DNA from: Actinomycetes bacterium
Lineage (GTDB): Bacteria; Actinomycetota; Thermoleophilia; Solirubrobacterales; Solirubrobacteraceae
DNA: 64,000 nucleotides
Direction of reading: 5' to 3'
NCBI GenBank assembly: GCA_021851525.1
Contig: JAJZDA010000001.1
Coordinates: 3,493 to 67,492, forward strand
Under the pieces are notes generated by a model, which saw only the letters and a program-made list of their open reading frames with translations, had not been told where the DNA came from and ran no database searches. Made by a program: the position numbers and the translations under genes. Shown piece after piece: positions 8,967-18,242 of this stretch; within the stretch, counting starts at the first letter, position 1, and each line of letters opens with the position of its first letter.

Positions 8967-9956
8967 GTGACCGAAGCGACCGGCGTCGCTGGCCTCGAGG
9001 TTGTCTCGGGAATCAGGTTCGCGAACGTCGAAGAATGCAGGGCCCGAACAGAGGAACGCCTTCAGCAACGTCGGCTGCGCTTCGCCTCGGAGCTGTTCGA
9101 ACCGGATTCGGCCGTTGTTTTGACCGGCTCATGGGGCCGCCGAGAGGTGACCAGCGACAGCGACGACGACTACATGGTGCTGTTCGCCGGCAAACGGCGC
9201 CGCGACGCGCGACCGACCGTGAGCGAAGCAGCGGACATCCTCGAAGCGAAAGCACCGGGGCGGGAGGCCATCTTCGGAAAGCAGGTCTGGCTTCAGGACC
9301 TTCTCCGCAAGATCGGCCGCGATCGGGACACCAACGCCAACCTGACTCGACGGATGCTGCTGCTCCTTGAATCTGTCTCTGTCAGCGGGATCGACGTACA
9401 CCAGGCGGCAAGGAGAGCGGTGCTCGAGGAATATCTGAGGGCGCACAAGGACTACCGCCCACCCCGGTTCCTGCTCAACGACCTGGTCCGCTATTGGCGC
9501 ACAATCGCGGTGGACTTCGAGAGCAAGATGCGAGACCGCAAAGGGCAAGGCTGGGGGCTGCGGAACGCGAAGCTGCGGCTGTCTCGCAAGGCTCTGTTCG
9601 CAGGCGGCCTGCTTCCGGTACTGGAGTGCTATCGCGTCCCGGCGGACGCGATGCTCGAGCACCTCGACACTGCGCTCGTCGCGCCACCGCTGGACAGAAT
9701 TGCCGACGCGTTCATGACACACCGTGCGATCGATCCGGCCGTCCGTACGATAGCCGCGTACGACGAGTTCCTCGGGATCCTCAACGACCCGGACAAGCGC
9801 AGAGAGCTGGACATGCTGGAGATAGAGCGCAGCGATTCGTCGCAGCTGTTCGCACGGGTCGCGGAACTGGGTGAGGACTTCGAAGCAGGTCTCCTTGCCC
9901 TCCTGTTCAACGACTCGGACCTGCAGCGGTGGGTCCGCGACTACCTGATCTTCTGA
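8967..9956 (+). CDS. Pol-beta superfamily nucleotidyltransferase (DUF294/GlnD-like fold)
   Basis: VVLTGSWGRREVTSDSDDDYMVL (GS...DxD), followed by helical RFLLNDLVRYWRT and WGLRNAKL; start set at GTG 8967. Confidence 0.8.
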   Translation: MTEATGVAGLEVVSGIRFANVEECRARTEERLQQRRLRFASELFEPDSAVVLTGSWGRREVTSDSDDDYMVLFAGKRRRDARPTVSEAADILEAKAPGREAIFGKQVWLQDLLRKIGRDRDTNANLTRRMLLLLESVSVSGIDVHQAARRAVLEEYLRAHKDYRPPRFLLNDLVRYWRTIAVDFESKMRDRKGQGWGLRNAKLRLSRKALFAGGLLPVLECYRVPADAMLEHLDTALVAPPLDRIADAFMTHRAIDPAVRTIAAYDEFLGILNDPDKRRELDMLEIERSDSSQLFARVAELGEDFEAGLLALLFNDSDLQRWVRDYLIF

Positions 9957-10084
9957 TCCGGCGACGTCGCTCGAAGGCGCTCCGGCATTCGACGACGGCA
10001 TCGAGTTCGCGAGGTGGTGGGCGGAGCAAGCACGCCCTGCGATTGTCGGTATGCGTCGCGGTTGGAAAGTTGTCCATACCCGAG

Positions 10085-10112
10085 TTTCATCGCCGCCGGG
10101 GCGACGATGAAA
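10085..10112. terminator. Hairpin between the NTase and xseA
   Basis: tttcatcgccgcc / ggcgacgatgaaa inverted repeat, one mismatch. Confidence 0.4.
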
Positions 10113-10324
10113 AGTCGCCAATGCACTTGTGCGCTCGCTGGTCATCAGGATGGCAAAAGGAATGGTCGACCTAGTGCGTTCTACCGCGCGAGTGGCTAGC
10201 CCGGAAGGAGGGCCGACAAGACGACCGGGGACCACGGCACGAGTGGAACGCGTAACCGTAGGTGACCCAGCTCGAGCCACCCCCGAGTCTGTCCGGCGCG
10301 CGTTCTAGCCTTCCGAAACCCCTA

Positions 10325-11869
10325 ATGAGCGCGACCACAACAGGCGAGGTCATTTCGGTCGGCACATATGCCGAGCGACTCAACACCGCCCTGAGCCATG
10401 CCGGCACAGCGGTGGTCGAGGGCGAGGTGCAGGAGGTAAAGACATTCGGTAAGGGCGTCTTGTCGTTCACCTTGACGGACGGGGAGGCGCGCCTGCCATG
10501 TAAGTGGCTTCCGTGGGAGAACGGCAGGCGCCCGTTGACCCACCGGCCCCGCGACGGAGACCAGGTCCGGGTGCGCATCAGCCACGCGAGCTGGTATGCC
10601 GCAGGCGGGCGCGCTGAGGTCGTCATCAGCGACGTTCGATTGACCGGCGAAGGCGAATTGCTGGCGGCTCGCGCCCAACTGCTCGCGCGCCTCAGTGCCG
10701 AGGGTTTGACCAACCCTGCCGATTTGCCGCCCTTGCCGCCCTTTCCCCGCGCCGTTGGACTCATCGCAGGGGTCGAATCCGAGGCCTACAACGACGTTAT
10801 CCGCGGACTCCGCGACCGGTTCCCAGCTGTGCCAGTCGTCTCCTGCTGCTGCCGGATCCAGGGCGCCGGCGCGCCCCAGGCGATGATCGCAGCGCTGGGT
10901 GCGCTCAGTCGACAGGCCGAGGTCGATGTCATCGTTATCGCGCGCGGCGGCGGGTCGGTCCAGGACCTGGCCGCCTTCGACGACGAGTCGCTGTGCCGAG
11001 CTATACGCGCTGTAGATATCCCGGTCGTAACCGCGGTTGGGCATACCGCCAACAACCCGGTCTGCAACCACATCACCCATCACGCGTTTGTGCCCCGCCA
11101 CGCCGCAGACATTGTGGTCCGGGACCGCCGCGACCTGCTGCGCGATGTCGGAGACGCCTCGGACGCGATGACGCGCGCGGTCGCCGATATCCAGCAGCGC
11201 GCCAGCGCGTTAGCGGTGGCGCCGGGGCTAAACGTCTTGGGACGGTTGGCGGCTTTCAGGACGACAGTTCTTCAGAGCGCGAGCATCATCTCCGCGTCAG
11301 CCGACGTTCACGTGCGAGACGGCGAGGTTCTGATTAAGCGGTTCGACGCTGGCGCTGCTCAACGCGCCGCGTCTCTACGAGCAGACGTTCACAGAGCGCA
11401 GCGGGACTTAGACGCGTTCGCGTCCGCGACATCGGCAGCGCGGAGGCTCGCAACCCGCCCCGTCGAGGATCTGGGTCGGCTCGCCGAAGCTCTGGCTTCG
11501 TCCTCCGCTCGAATGTTGAAGAGCCGCCGTGACAACCTGACCCGCGCCATCGAGAGAATGACCGCTGAGCGCGTGCGCGCCGCCAACCGTCACATCGCTG
11601 TCGCGAGAGCAAACGTCAATGCCTCGGCGACGGCCATCGGCCGAAGCGTCGGGCGGCATGAGCAGCAGGCCAAGAACGACGCAGACGCGCTATCAGCTGT
11701 TCTCGCCGCCGCCGACTTTCGCCGGCGCGGCTGGCTGCTGGCAACGGATGCAAGCGGACACGGGATCACACGCATCGACGACGTCCAAGCCGGCGACCCT
11801 GTGCACCTGCACTTAGAGGGCGGCGAGGCCTCAGCCGTCATATCGGAAACTCAAACCGACCGAAAGTGA
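10325..11869 (+). CDS. xseA: Exodeoxyribonuclease VII large subunit-like protein (variant)
   Basis: N-terminal OB fold (VEGEVQE...FTLTD), FPRAVGLI, IQGAGA, VIVIARGGGSVQDLAAFDDE, PVVTAVGH, long helical C-terminal region; start ATG 10325 (or GTG 10262). Confidence 0.88.
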   Translation: MSATTTGEVISVGTYAERLNTALSHAGTAVVEGEVQEVKTFGKGVLSFTLTDGEARLPCKWLPWENGRRPLTHRPRDGDQVRVRISHASWYAAGGRAEVVISDVRLTGEGELLAARAQLLARLSAEGLTNPADLPPLPPFPRAVGLIAGVESEAYNDVIRGLRDRFPAVPVVSCCCRIQGAGAPQAMIAALGALSRQAEVDVIVIARGGGSVQDLAAFDDESLCRAIRAVDIPVVTAVGHTANNPVCNHITHHAFVPRHAADIVVRDRRDLLRDVGDASDAMTRAVADIQQRASALAVAPGLNVLGRLAAFRTTVLQSASIISASADVHVRDGEVLIKRFDAGAAQRAASLRADVHRAQRDLDAFASATSAARRLATRPVEDLGRLAEALASSSARMLKSRRDNLTRAIERMTAERVRAANRHIAVARANVNASATAIGRSVGRHEQQAKNDADALSAVLAAADFRRRGWLLATDASGHGITRIDDVQAGDPVHLHLEGGEASAVISETQTDRK

Positions 11870-11875
11870 GACCTG

Positions 11876-12262
11876 ATGGAAGGCTCAACCCCTACTGACA
11901 TCACCTTCAGCGACGCGTATGACGAGCTGAAATCGATCACCGAAGAACTGAACGGCTCAGATACCGTTCCTCCGGAGCGCCTGCTCGAGCTGCTCAGGCG
12001 CGGGAAAGGGCTTGAGCAGGTTCTTCGCCAGCATCTTGATGATGTTGAGCAACAGGTCCGCAGTATTGAAGCCGGAGATGGTCTGGTGCGGTATCGGATC
12101 GTCACCGGCGCGACGAGGACGAACGACGACCTCCTGGTTTCGAATGACGAGGAACCGAGTTCGGCCACGGCGCCATCGCTCGCTCAGACGATCCCCGTCG
12201 ATGCGAGCGACTTCGTTCCCTCTTCTGCCCGCGACCTCAAAGGCGACGACATTCCTTTCTGA
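11876..12262 (+). CDS. xseB: Exodeoxyribonuclease VII small subunit-like protein with extended acidic tail ending DDIPF
   Basis: TFSDAYDELKSITEELN...LLELLRRGKGL...LDDVEQQV coiled-coil pattern; 6 bp after xseA. Confidence 0.8.
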   Translation: MEGSTPTDITFSDAYDELKSITEELNGSDTVPPERLLELLRRGKGLEQVLRQHLDDVEQQVRSIEAGDGLVRYRIVTGATRTNDDLLVSNDEEPSSATAPSLAQTIPVDASDFVPSSARDLKGDDIPF

Positions 12263-12433
12263 CAGCCCGAGCAACACAGGCCGTATAGCTCGACGCGCGT
12301 TAGCGGCGACCGCGCCATTGGGTCCGCCCAGAGTCATCCATCGGGATGTTCCCGAGAGCTGTAAGCCCCCGACGACGGTGGGGCTGTCACCCAATCGCCC
12401 TAGGCGTGCGGCGGCGCATCCGCTTGGGTGGGC

Positions 12434-14806
12434 CTATACGCGAGCGCGAATTGGAGCAGCGAGAGGGGTGAGGACCGCAAAACGAGCGTCGGCACGAACA
12501 CGGTCGTACAGGTCCGGGACATTCTTGGCTTCGATCGTCATGATCAGCGTGAAGTCGAGTTCGCCTGCGGTCGCCTTGGGAATAAGCTGGCCTTCCGCTC
12601 GCTCGTAGTAGGTCAACCAGATCGACGGCAGGTGAAGCGTCGTGGCATTGACGCCGTCCTCATGTCGCGTCACCGTCTCCCACTTCCCCTCGTCGCGCAG
12701 CGTGTGTTCGCTGCGGATGGCCTTGCCTGAACGGGTCTTCGGATTAAGGCTGAGCTCCCAGCCTTGGTTGGCGAGGTTTTGGATGAGCGCTCCGTCGGTA
12801 CGAAGGTCAACGTCGACGGGCTTCTGCCCGCTGTTCTTCAGGCTCATGGTGTAGGCGGCGGCATTGGGTCGCATGACGACCTCGAGCCCGGCCTGTGTGT
12901 ACTCGACCGCATCTTGCGGATCGGTGGGTGAGATGAACGAGACGGTCCAGCGGGCCTTCACCCGTCCGGAGATGCCCGCGAGTGGATAGGGCATCGGGTA
13001 GGCACGAGTCATGCCGCGCTCGATTGTGTCCTGCACGACGACAGTGATGGCGCCCGGCTCGCACTCGAGGAGCGGCCGGTAGTCAATGCGGAGTCGTCCG
13101 TATCCCACGGCCGGGAGATCATGTTTCTTGGGCCGGACTGCGAAGTGGGCAGCCATCCCGCGTGCGAGATTGGGCGAGAACGCGACAGTTGCGAGCAGCG
13201 TCGCCACGCCACGCGCCGCGGTTGGGGAGGCAAAACTCGTTCCCATGTTGACCTGGTAGCCCCCGCCGACGTCTGCACCGACGAAGTGCAGGGCGTCGCT
13301 GCCACCGAATGCGACACCGAGCGGGGCGACCCGAAGCCCGGGTCGCCCGGGACCCACACAGGAGTAAGCGGCGCGTGTGGGCTCGTCGGGGGTGATGTCA
13401 TCACACGCTCCGACCGCCAGCACGTTCACGCCGTCAGACGGCGCCATGACGCGATCGAGGCCAAGCGGGGAGATCGTCGGTTCGCCCTCGTTGCCGACCG
13501 CCACGGTGACGGTGAGCCCGAGGTCTACTACCAGTTGGTCGATCTCGGCGGTGAACCGGTCGATGTCGGCGTCGTCATCGATGGCGGAATCCTCCGGGCC
13601 GAGACTGAGGTTGACTATCTGCCAGCGGTTGGGATCGGCACGGAGGGTCGCGATGATCTGGTCCAGCACCCAATACGGCTCGTCATCGGCGTCCACGTGT
13701 GCCGGCGCAGGCAAGACGCGGAAGTGATCTACGTAGGCCGGCGGCGGCGACAGCGGCCGTCCCGCCTCAATGTGGCCGTAGAGCAAAGCGCTTGAGACAA
13801 GCGTGCCGTGTGCCACGAGCTCGTCATCGCGTGGGGCGCTTGTGAGATCGCCCTCGCTGACAAAAGGGGCGAGCAACGGATGGCTCGAGTCGACGCCGCC
13901 GTCGAAAACGGCTATGCGATGTTCTGGCGGTGGCAGGTCGGCGGGCGGCTCAGGATCCGCGCCACCGAAATCGACGCTGCGGATCCGCTTCTCAGGGATA
14001 CGTCGCATTTGTGGCATTGGACGCAGTCCACGAAGTGGGTTGAAGCGCTCCAAAGCATCGAGGTGACGCCGCTGCAAGCGGATTGGGACGAACATCAGCG
14101 GTCCGACCTGTCGCAGGTAGTTGCGACGGAATTCGCCGCCGAGGCGCTCGACGAGCTGTTCGAGCTTGGCCGTCACGCGTTCGGCGGCAGCGGCAGATGC
14201 CACACCGTTGGCGTCGATCGCCGGATGCAGAACAGCCTCCCAGACCAGCTCTGCGTCGGGATCCTCCTCCCCGTTCTTCTGCTTAGCGTCGCGGCTGCGT
14301 CGACGCTTGACGATCCGCTCCGCTCCGGGCAACAGGAAGCTCTCGAAGCGGACGAACTCGTCGGCGATTGGAGTGGGCGGGGTGATGTCACCCAGCAGCG
14401 CGCTCATGCGATTGAGCGAATCATCGGTTGCGGAGAGCAGCAGCGTCTTGGTGGGTACGTCTTCCTCGTCGGCGCCGCTGCGTCGGCGCAATGTCCCGCG
14501 AGATGGAAGCGTGCCGACCATGACCAGGTCTGCATCAGCCCGCAACACTCGCGGATGGTGTGTCGCGGCAAGGTAATTGGGGTGCAGCTTTGCTTGGATG
14601 ACGACGCGGTCACCGCGCAAGGCGTCCGGGAGGTGAGCAACGTCACTGCGGATGCCTTGGATCTGCTCTGCGAGCCGCGGTCGCACCTCGGAATAGCTGA
14701 ACGGATGGTATTTGTCACCGTGCCCTTGCGCACGGGTCTGGTCATCGCCGAACGAGGCGCCGGCGTTGAGGATCGGGCGCGAAGGAGGTGTGTCGGGGTT
14801 TGCCAT
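12434..14806 (-). CDS. ietS: S8 (subtilase) family serine protease, IetS-like
   Basis: IAVFDGG (Asp), HGTLVSS (His), AVGNEG (oxyanion Asn), MGTSFASP (Ser); 12 bp downstream of the AAA ATPase. Confidence 0.9.
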   Translation of the reverse strand: MANPDTPPSRPILNAGASFGDDQTRAQGHGDKYHPFSYSEVRPRLAEQIQGIRSDVAHLPDALRGDRVVIQAKLHPNYLAATHHPRVLRADADLVMVGTLPSRGTLRRRSGADEEDVPTKTLLLSATDDSLNRMSALLGDITPPTPIADEFVRFESFLLPGAERIVKRRRSRDAKQKNGEEDPDAELVWEAVLHPAIDANGVASAAAAERVTAKLEQLVERLGGEFRRNYLRQVGPLMFVPIRLQRRHLDALERFNPLRGLRPMPQMRRIPEKRIRSVDFGGADPEPPADLPPPEHRIAVFDGGVDSSHPLLAPFVSEGDLTSAPRDDELVAHGTLVSSALLYGHIEAGRPLSPPPAYVDHFRVLPAPAHVDADDEPYWVLDQIIATLRADPNRWQIVNLSLGPEDSAIDDDADIDRFTAEIDQLVVDLGLTVTVAVGNEGEPTISPLGLDRVMAPSDGVNVLAVGACDDITPDEPTRAAYSCVGPGRPGLRVAPLGVAFGGSDALHFVGADVGGGYQVNMGTSFASPTAARGVATLLATVAFSPNLARGMAAHFAVRPKKHDLPAVGYGRLRIDYRPLLECEPGAITVVVQDTIERGMTRAYPMPYPLAGISGRVKARWTVSFISPTDPQDAVEYTQAGLEVVMRPNAAAYTMSLKNSGQKPVDVDLRTDGALIQNLANQGWELSLNPKTRSGKAIRSEHTLRDEGKWETVTRHEDGVNATTLHLPSIWLTYYERAEGQLIPKATAGELDFTLIMTIEAKNVPDLYDRVRADARFAVLTPLAAPIRARV

Positions 14807-14818
14807 CAGATGCCTCCG

Positions 14819-15958
14819 CTACACGCTCGCGGCGCCAGCCTCGGCCAGGCGTCGCGCCGCCGTGTGTGAGCAATCCAACAGCTCGCCGATCGCTCGCGTG
14901 GTGAGGCCCCCGTTGTCGCGCGCGGCCGCCGCGAAGCGTGCGCGCGCGCGACGATCAGGCTGCGCGCCGTTCGGCGCGGCGGCGGTGAGTAGTGCACGAT
15001 CGAGCGGCAGATCGTCGAGCACAGCCCGACGCGCTCCGCGATGGACCAAGCCGGTCAGGCTCGCTCCGGTGGCGCCCTCGGTGACCGCGACTATTGCATC
15101 GATAGTTCCCGAGGACGGCGCTAGCGATAGGTCTGAGAGCAGCTGCCGCAGGATCCGGACGCGGGCTTCCTCGTCGGGCAGCCCCAGCCGCACGTGAACC
15201 TCAAATCGCCGCTCAAGGGCAGGGTCAAGCAAATCCAGATGGTTGGTTGCGGCGATCAGCGGTGCCTGGTCGGGCCACCGGTCGAGCTCGACGAGCAACG
15301 TGCTAACGAAGCGCTTGAACTCGCCGACGTCGTAGACGTCGTCGCGTCTCTTGGCGAGGGCGTCGATCTCGTCCAACCCGAGGACGGCGCCTTGTTCACG
15401 GGCCGCCGTGAACGCCGCCGAGAGGCTGCGTGCACTCTCACCGAGCAGGCTGCCGATGACGTCGGTGGGCTCGATGAGAATGAGTGGTCGCCCTACCCGT
15501 GCTGCTATCGACCGCATGGTCATCGACTTGCCGACACCCGGCGGGCCGGACAGCAGCACAGTGCGCGTGGGATGTAACCCCGATGCCAGCAGTCGCTCAC
15601 GTTGGTCGTACTCGCGGACGATGCCGTCGATGACTGTGCGATCGGTTGCCGTCAGGACGGGTGAAGGTGCGTCAGCCGAATCGCTTGGAGCGGATGCCGT
15701 CGTCGCGCTGCGCGTCATCGAGCTGTGTCCACGACCTGGAACAGGACGTGCAGCCTCCTCGGCAAACAAGAGCGAAAGAGCCGCGCGACCGCCTTCACTG
15801 AGGCGTACGTTGCGCCGACCGGCCTGGGTCGTGACGAGTTTCCGTATGCGGCCAGGGACCTCGTCCGCCCGGTCGCGCAGAATCATTCTCACCACGTCGA
15901 CGAGGATCGCCTCAGCTGGCTGAAGTTCTACCGGCTTGGAAACTTTGGTGACGGGCAT
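14819..15958 (-). CDS. ietA: AAA+ ATPase, IetA-like, with C-terminal HTH
   Basis: LLSGPPGVGKS Walker A, LGLDEID Walker B, AATNHLDLLDPALERRF SRH; start trimmed to ATG 15958. Confidence 0.9.
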   Translation of the reverse strand: MPVTKVSKPVELQPAEAILVDVVRMILRDRADEVPGRIRKLVTTQAGRRNVRLSEGGRAALSLLFAEEAARPVPGRGHSSMTRSATTASAPSDSADAPSPVLTATDRTVIDGIVREYDQRERLLASGLHPTRTVLLSGPPGVGKSMTMRSIAARVGRPLILIEPTDVIGSLLGESARSLSAAFTAAREQGAVLGLDEIDALAKRRDDVYDVGEFKRFVSTLLVELDRWPDQAPLIAATNHLDLLDPALERRFEVHVRLGLPDEEARVRILRQLLSDLSLAPSSGTIDAIVAVTEGATGASLTGLVHRGARRAVLDDLPLDRALLTAAAPNGAQPDRRARARFAAAARDNGGLTTRAIGELLDCSHTAARRLAEAGAASV

Positions 15959-16182
15959 CCGAGAAACGTACCACGAGTAGCGGCCGGAAGCACGCGCGAT
16001 TCTGCGACTGTTGGAAGGAGAGTCGTAGACCATGAGCAGACCGTTCCAGATGGGGTGTGTCCAGCAGAAGTTTGGGCGCCTAGCGGAGGGCGCGGCCGAG
16101 CCGAGTATCGCTTTTGCGTCTTCCGGGGCCACCCCGCCCGCGAGTGCAATGGCGACGACGCATCTCGGCGACCGGCGCGCCG

Positions 16183-17586
16183 TCAGCCTGTGTTGCTGCT
16201 CGCCAGCTCGTCCTCTTGTTGCACGGACTCGTCTTGCCATGGAGGAGTGATGGGACCGTTGGTCGCGTCGGGTGATGCAGTTTCAGGTTCGACGTGAAGC
16301 TTCGGTGCAGGCGCTTGCCAGGCTTTGAGATTCTGGACGATGTCTCGGTAGAAGCCGATGGTCTGGGCTGCTGTCTCGCGGACGAACGAGCCTTCATCCC
16401 GCCCGCGTTTCTGACCCATTGGCTTGGTCAGCGTGATCACGAACGCTCGTGGCTCTCGCTTCGGATCGCTGACGTGGTAGAGAGCGGCAGGGTTGTCGCG
16501 CACGTCGCCGAGCTTGGCGACGGTCGTGGTTCTGGCGTTGGGGAACGCAGCTTCGATACGCAGGTCGTCCGACGCGTCCCGTAGCTGCCGCAGCAGCCAG
16601 TTGAAGCGTGCTTTCGCGCGGCCCTCCCGCGGAGCATCGACAGCGACTGATGTCGACGTCTGTCGAGTCTTGAGGTTGGTACGGATCTCGACCGGGCCGG
16701 CCGCATCAGGGATTCTGAGGCTCGAGAACAACTCGCCGGTGTCGACAAGCGATTTCACGAGCTCGTCGAGACGGGCTGGCGTGGTCTGGGTCCTTGGCCG
16801 CAGCACCGTGACCTTGGCGCCGAGCTCTTGCGCCAAGCTGAGCGAGAGGTAGTTCGTGAACTGCTCCCATCGCTCAGCAACGTCGCGAACCGGAGCATCA
16901 CCAACTCGCAGGGTTGCCTCGCGTGCAGCCTTGCGGACACCGACCCAATTCTCGCCCATGTCCTCGAAGCCGACAGCACCGGCAGCTTCGCTGCTGAGGT
17001 AGTGGATCAGCTCCCGCAGCACCCACTCCTGGTCAGGGTCGGAGATGCCGTGATAGCGCTGCTGAACCACTGCCTCTGTTAGGACCTTCCACCATGAGAA
17101 GTGCCACAGGTTCAGCCCTCTAAGCTTGCGTCGATCGATCGCGACCGGTGACTCAGAAGAGTCAGTGGTTATCTGTGTGGAGATCGTGAGGACGCCATCG
17201 AAGCCGTTCGCGCGCGCGATGTCGAGATAGCTCGTCACCTGGTCGTCCTTCAAACGCGCCGCACCGGTCTTGACCTCGACAAGACATGTCCAGCTCTTAT
17301 TCCCGCGCCGGCACACGATCGCGCCGTCGGGGATCACCGTCTTACCGGCAGCATCCTTGAATCGGACTTCCGCGAAGGTCTCGATCACGGGAGCTTTCGG
17401 CGCCCCGAGCTCCTTCAGCAGCGCATAGCCGAACTCGGGAACGCCATGCATGACAGCCAGTAAACAGGAGGTGGCTCGCTTCTCCTGCTCGAGCTGGCTT
17501 CGCACGCCGAACGTCGGAATCAGCCGCGCGTGACGCCACCCGTCCGGCGCCGCCCCAGCCGCACCATTGGTCGCTCCCGTCGCCAT
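16183..17586 (-). CDS. PD-(D/E)XK restriction-endonuclease-like protein
   Basis: IPDGAIV...CLVEVKTG motif in the N-terminal third; WRHARLIP...EKRATS start. Confidence 0.7.
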   Translation of the reverse strand: MATGATNGAAGAAPDGWRHARLIPTFGVRSQLEQEKRATSCLLAVMHGVPEFGYALLKELGAPKAPVIETFAEVRFKDAAGKTVIPDGAIVCRRGNKSWTCLVEVKTGAARLKDDQVTSYLDIARANGFDGVLTISTQITTDSSESPVAIDRRKLRGLNLWHFSWWKVLTEAVVQQRYHGISDPDQEWVLRELIHYLSSEAAGAVGFEDMGENWVGVRKAAREATLRVGDAPVRDVAERWEQFTNYLSLSLAQELGAKVTVLRPRTQTTPARLDELVKSLVDTGELFSSLRIPDAAGPVEIRTNLKTRQTSTSVAVDAPREGRAKARFNWLLRQLRDASDDLRIEAAFPNARTTTVAKLGDVRDNPAALYHVSDPKREPRAFVITLTKPMGQKRGRDEGSFVRETAAQTIGFYRDIVQNLKAWQAPAPKLHVEPETASPDATNGPITPPWQDESVQQEDELASSNTG

Positions 17587-18242
17587 AGGGCGACCAGCCT
17601 ACCCGGCGCTGCGGCACGTGTTCAAGATCCCGCCCAGCGACGGCGCGCGATCGCTTCCATGATGGGCGCTGCCTCGCGCGCGCGATTGGAATGGCGACGA
17701 CAAGTAGATGCGAACCTTGGTCGCCAGACTGAGCCGTCGGGTCTAGAACCTGAAGGTTGTAGTCGTTGGACTGCTCTTCTGATACCGCCCCAGTAATGCC
17801 GAAATGTCGTGCCCGGGCGAGGATGTCGCTTGCCGTGCTGACTCCCTCGGCTTCCTTACCGCTGGGGTGGTGAGCTGCTGGCGCACCGTCCCGCGCGGTT
17901 CAAGCCGTTGTTGACTACCGGCGCCGGCAGTCGGGCCGGTGTGGCGGGCCTGACCATCGGCCCACCCGCCGCCAACGGCCTCGCCGCACTTGATCTCAAC
18001 CGAGACGATCGTCGAAGGGGCTGATGACGGCAGCCGCACGAACGTCTTCGGTGCGGCAAGGCGTTCATTTGGAGCCGGCACGCGCGAATATATCTCCGCG
18101 TATGCGTATCGCACCGAGCGTCGCTGCCTGCCCGCGCCGTTCGATTCACAGGGTGTCCGCCCGACACACGGGGACGAGGTCGAAGATTAAGTCTGGAACT
18201 ATCAGGATACGGCTGGCACTATCTGTTATATTCTGATCCCGT

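Noticed and set aside
8967-9956. CBASS CD-NTase call
   Set aside because: Motif spacing and the C-terminal helical domain fit DUF294/GlnD-like NTases better; no adjacent Cap effector or Cap2/3 genes.
10014-10199. 61-aa Cys-rich ORF between the NTase and xseA
   Set aside because: Short, overlaps a hairpin, no recognisable family; cannot be supported without a homology search.
9957-12262. Retron hypothesis for xseAB (ExoVII processes msDNA) and the nearby hairpin
   Set aside because: No reverse transcriptase motif (YADD-type) recognised anywhere in the window, and no msr-msd a1/a2 repeats seen.
13808-14869. Long antisense ORFs over ietS, res (27965-29029), T4CP (40389-41639) and jetC (51191-52399)
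   Set aside because: Antisense shadows of well-supported genes with no recognisable domains.
17743-18167. Minus-strand ORFs of 103-123 aa in the central gap
   Set aside because: No SD, motif or convincing composition; not supported as CDS.
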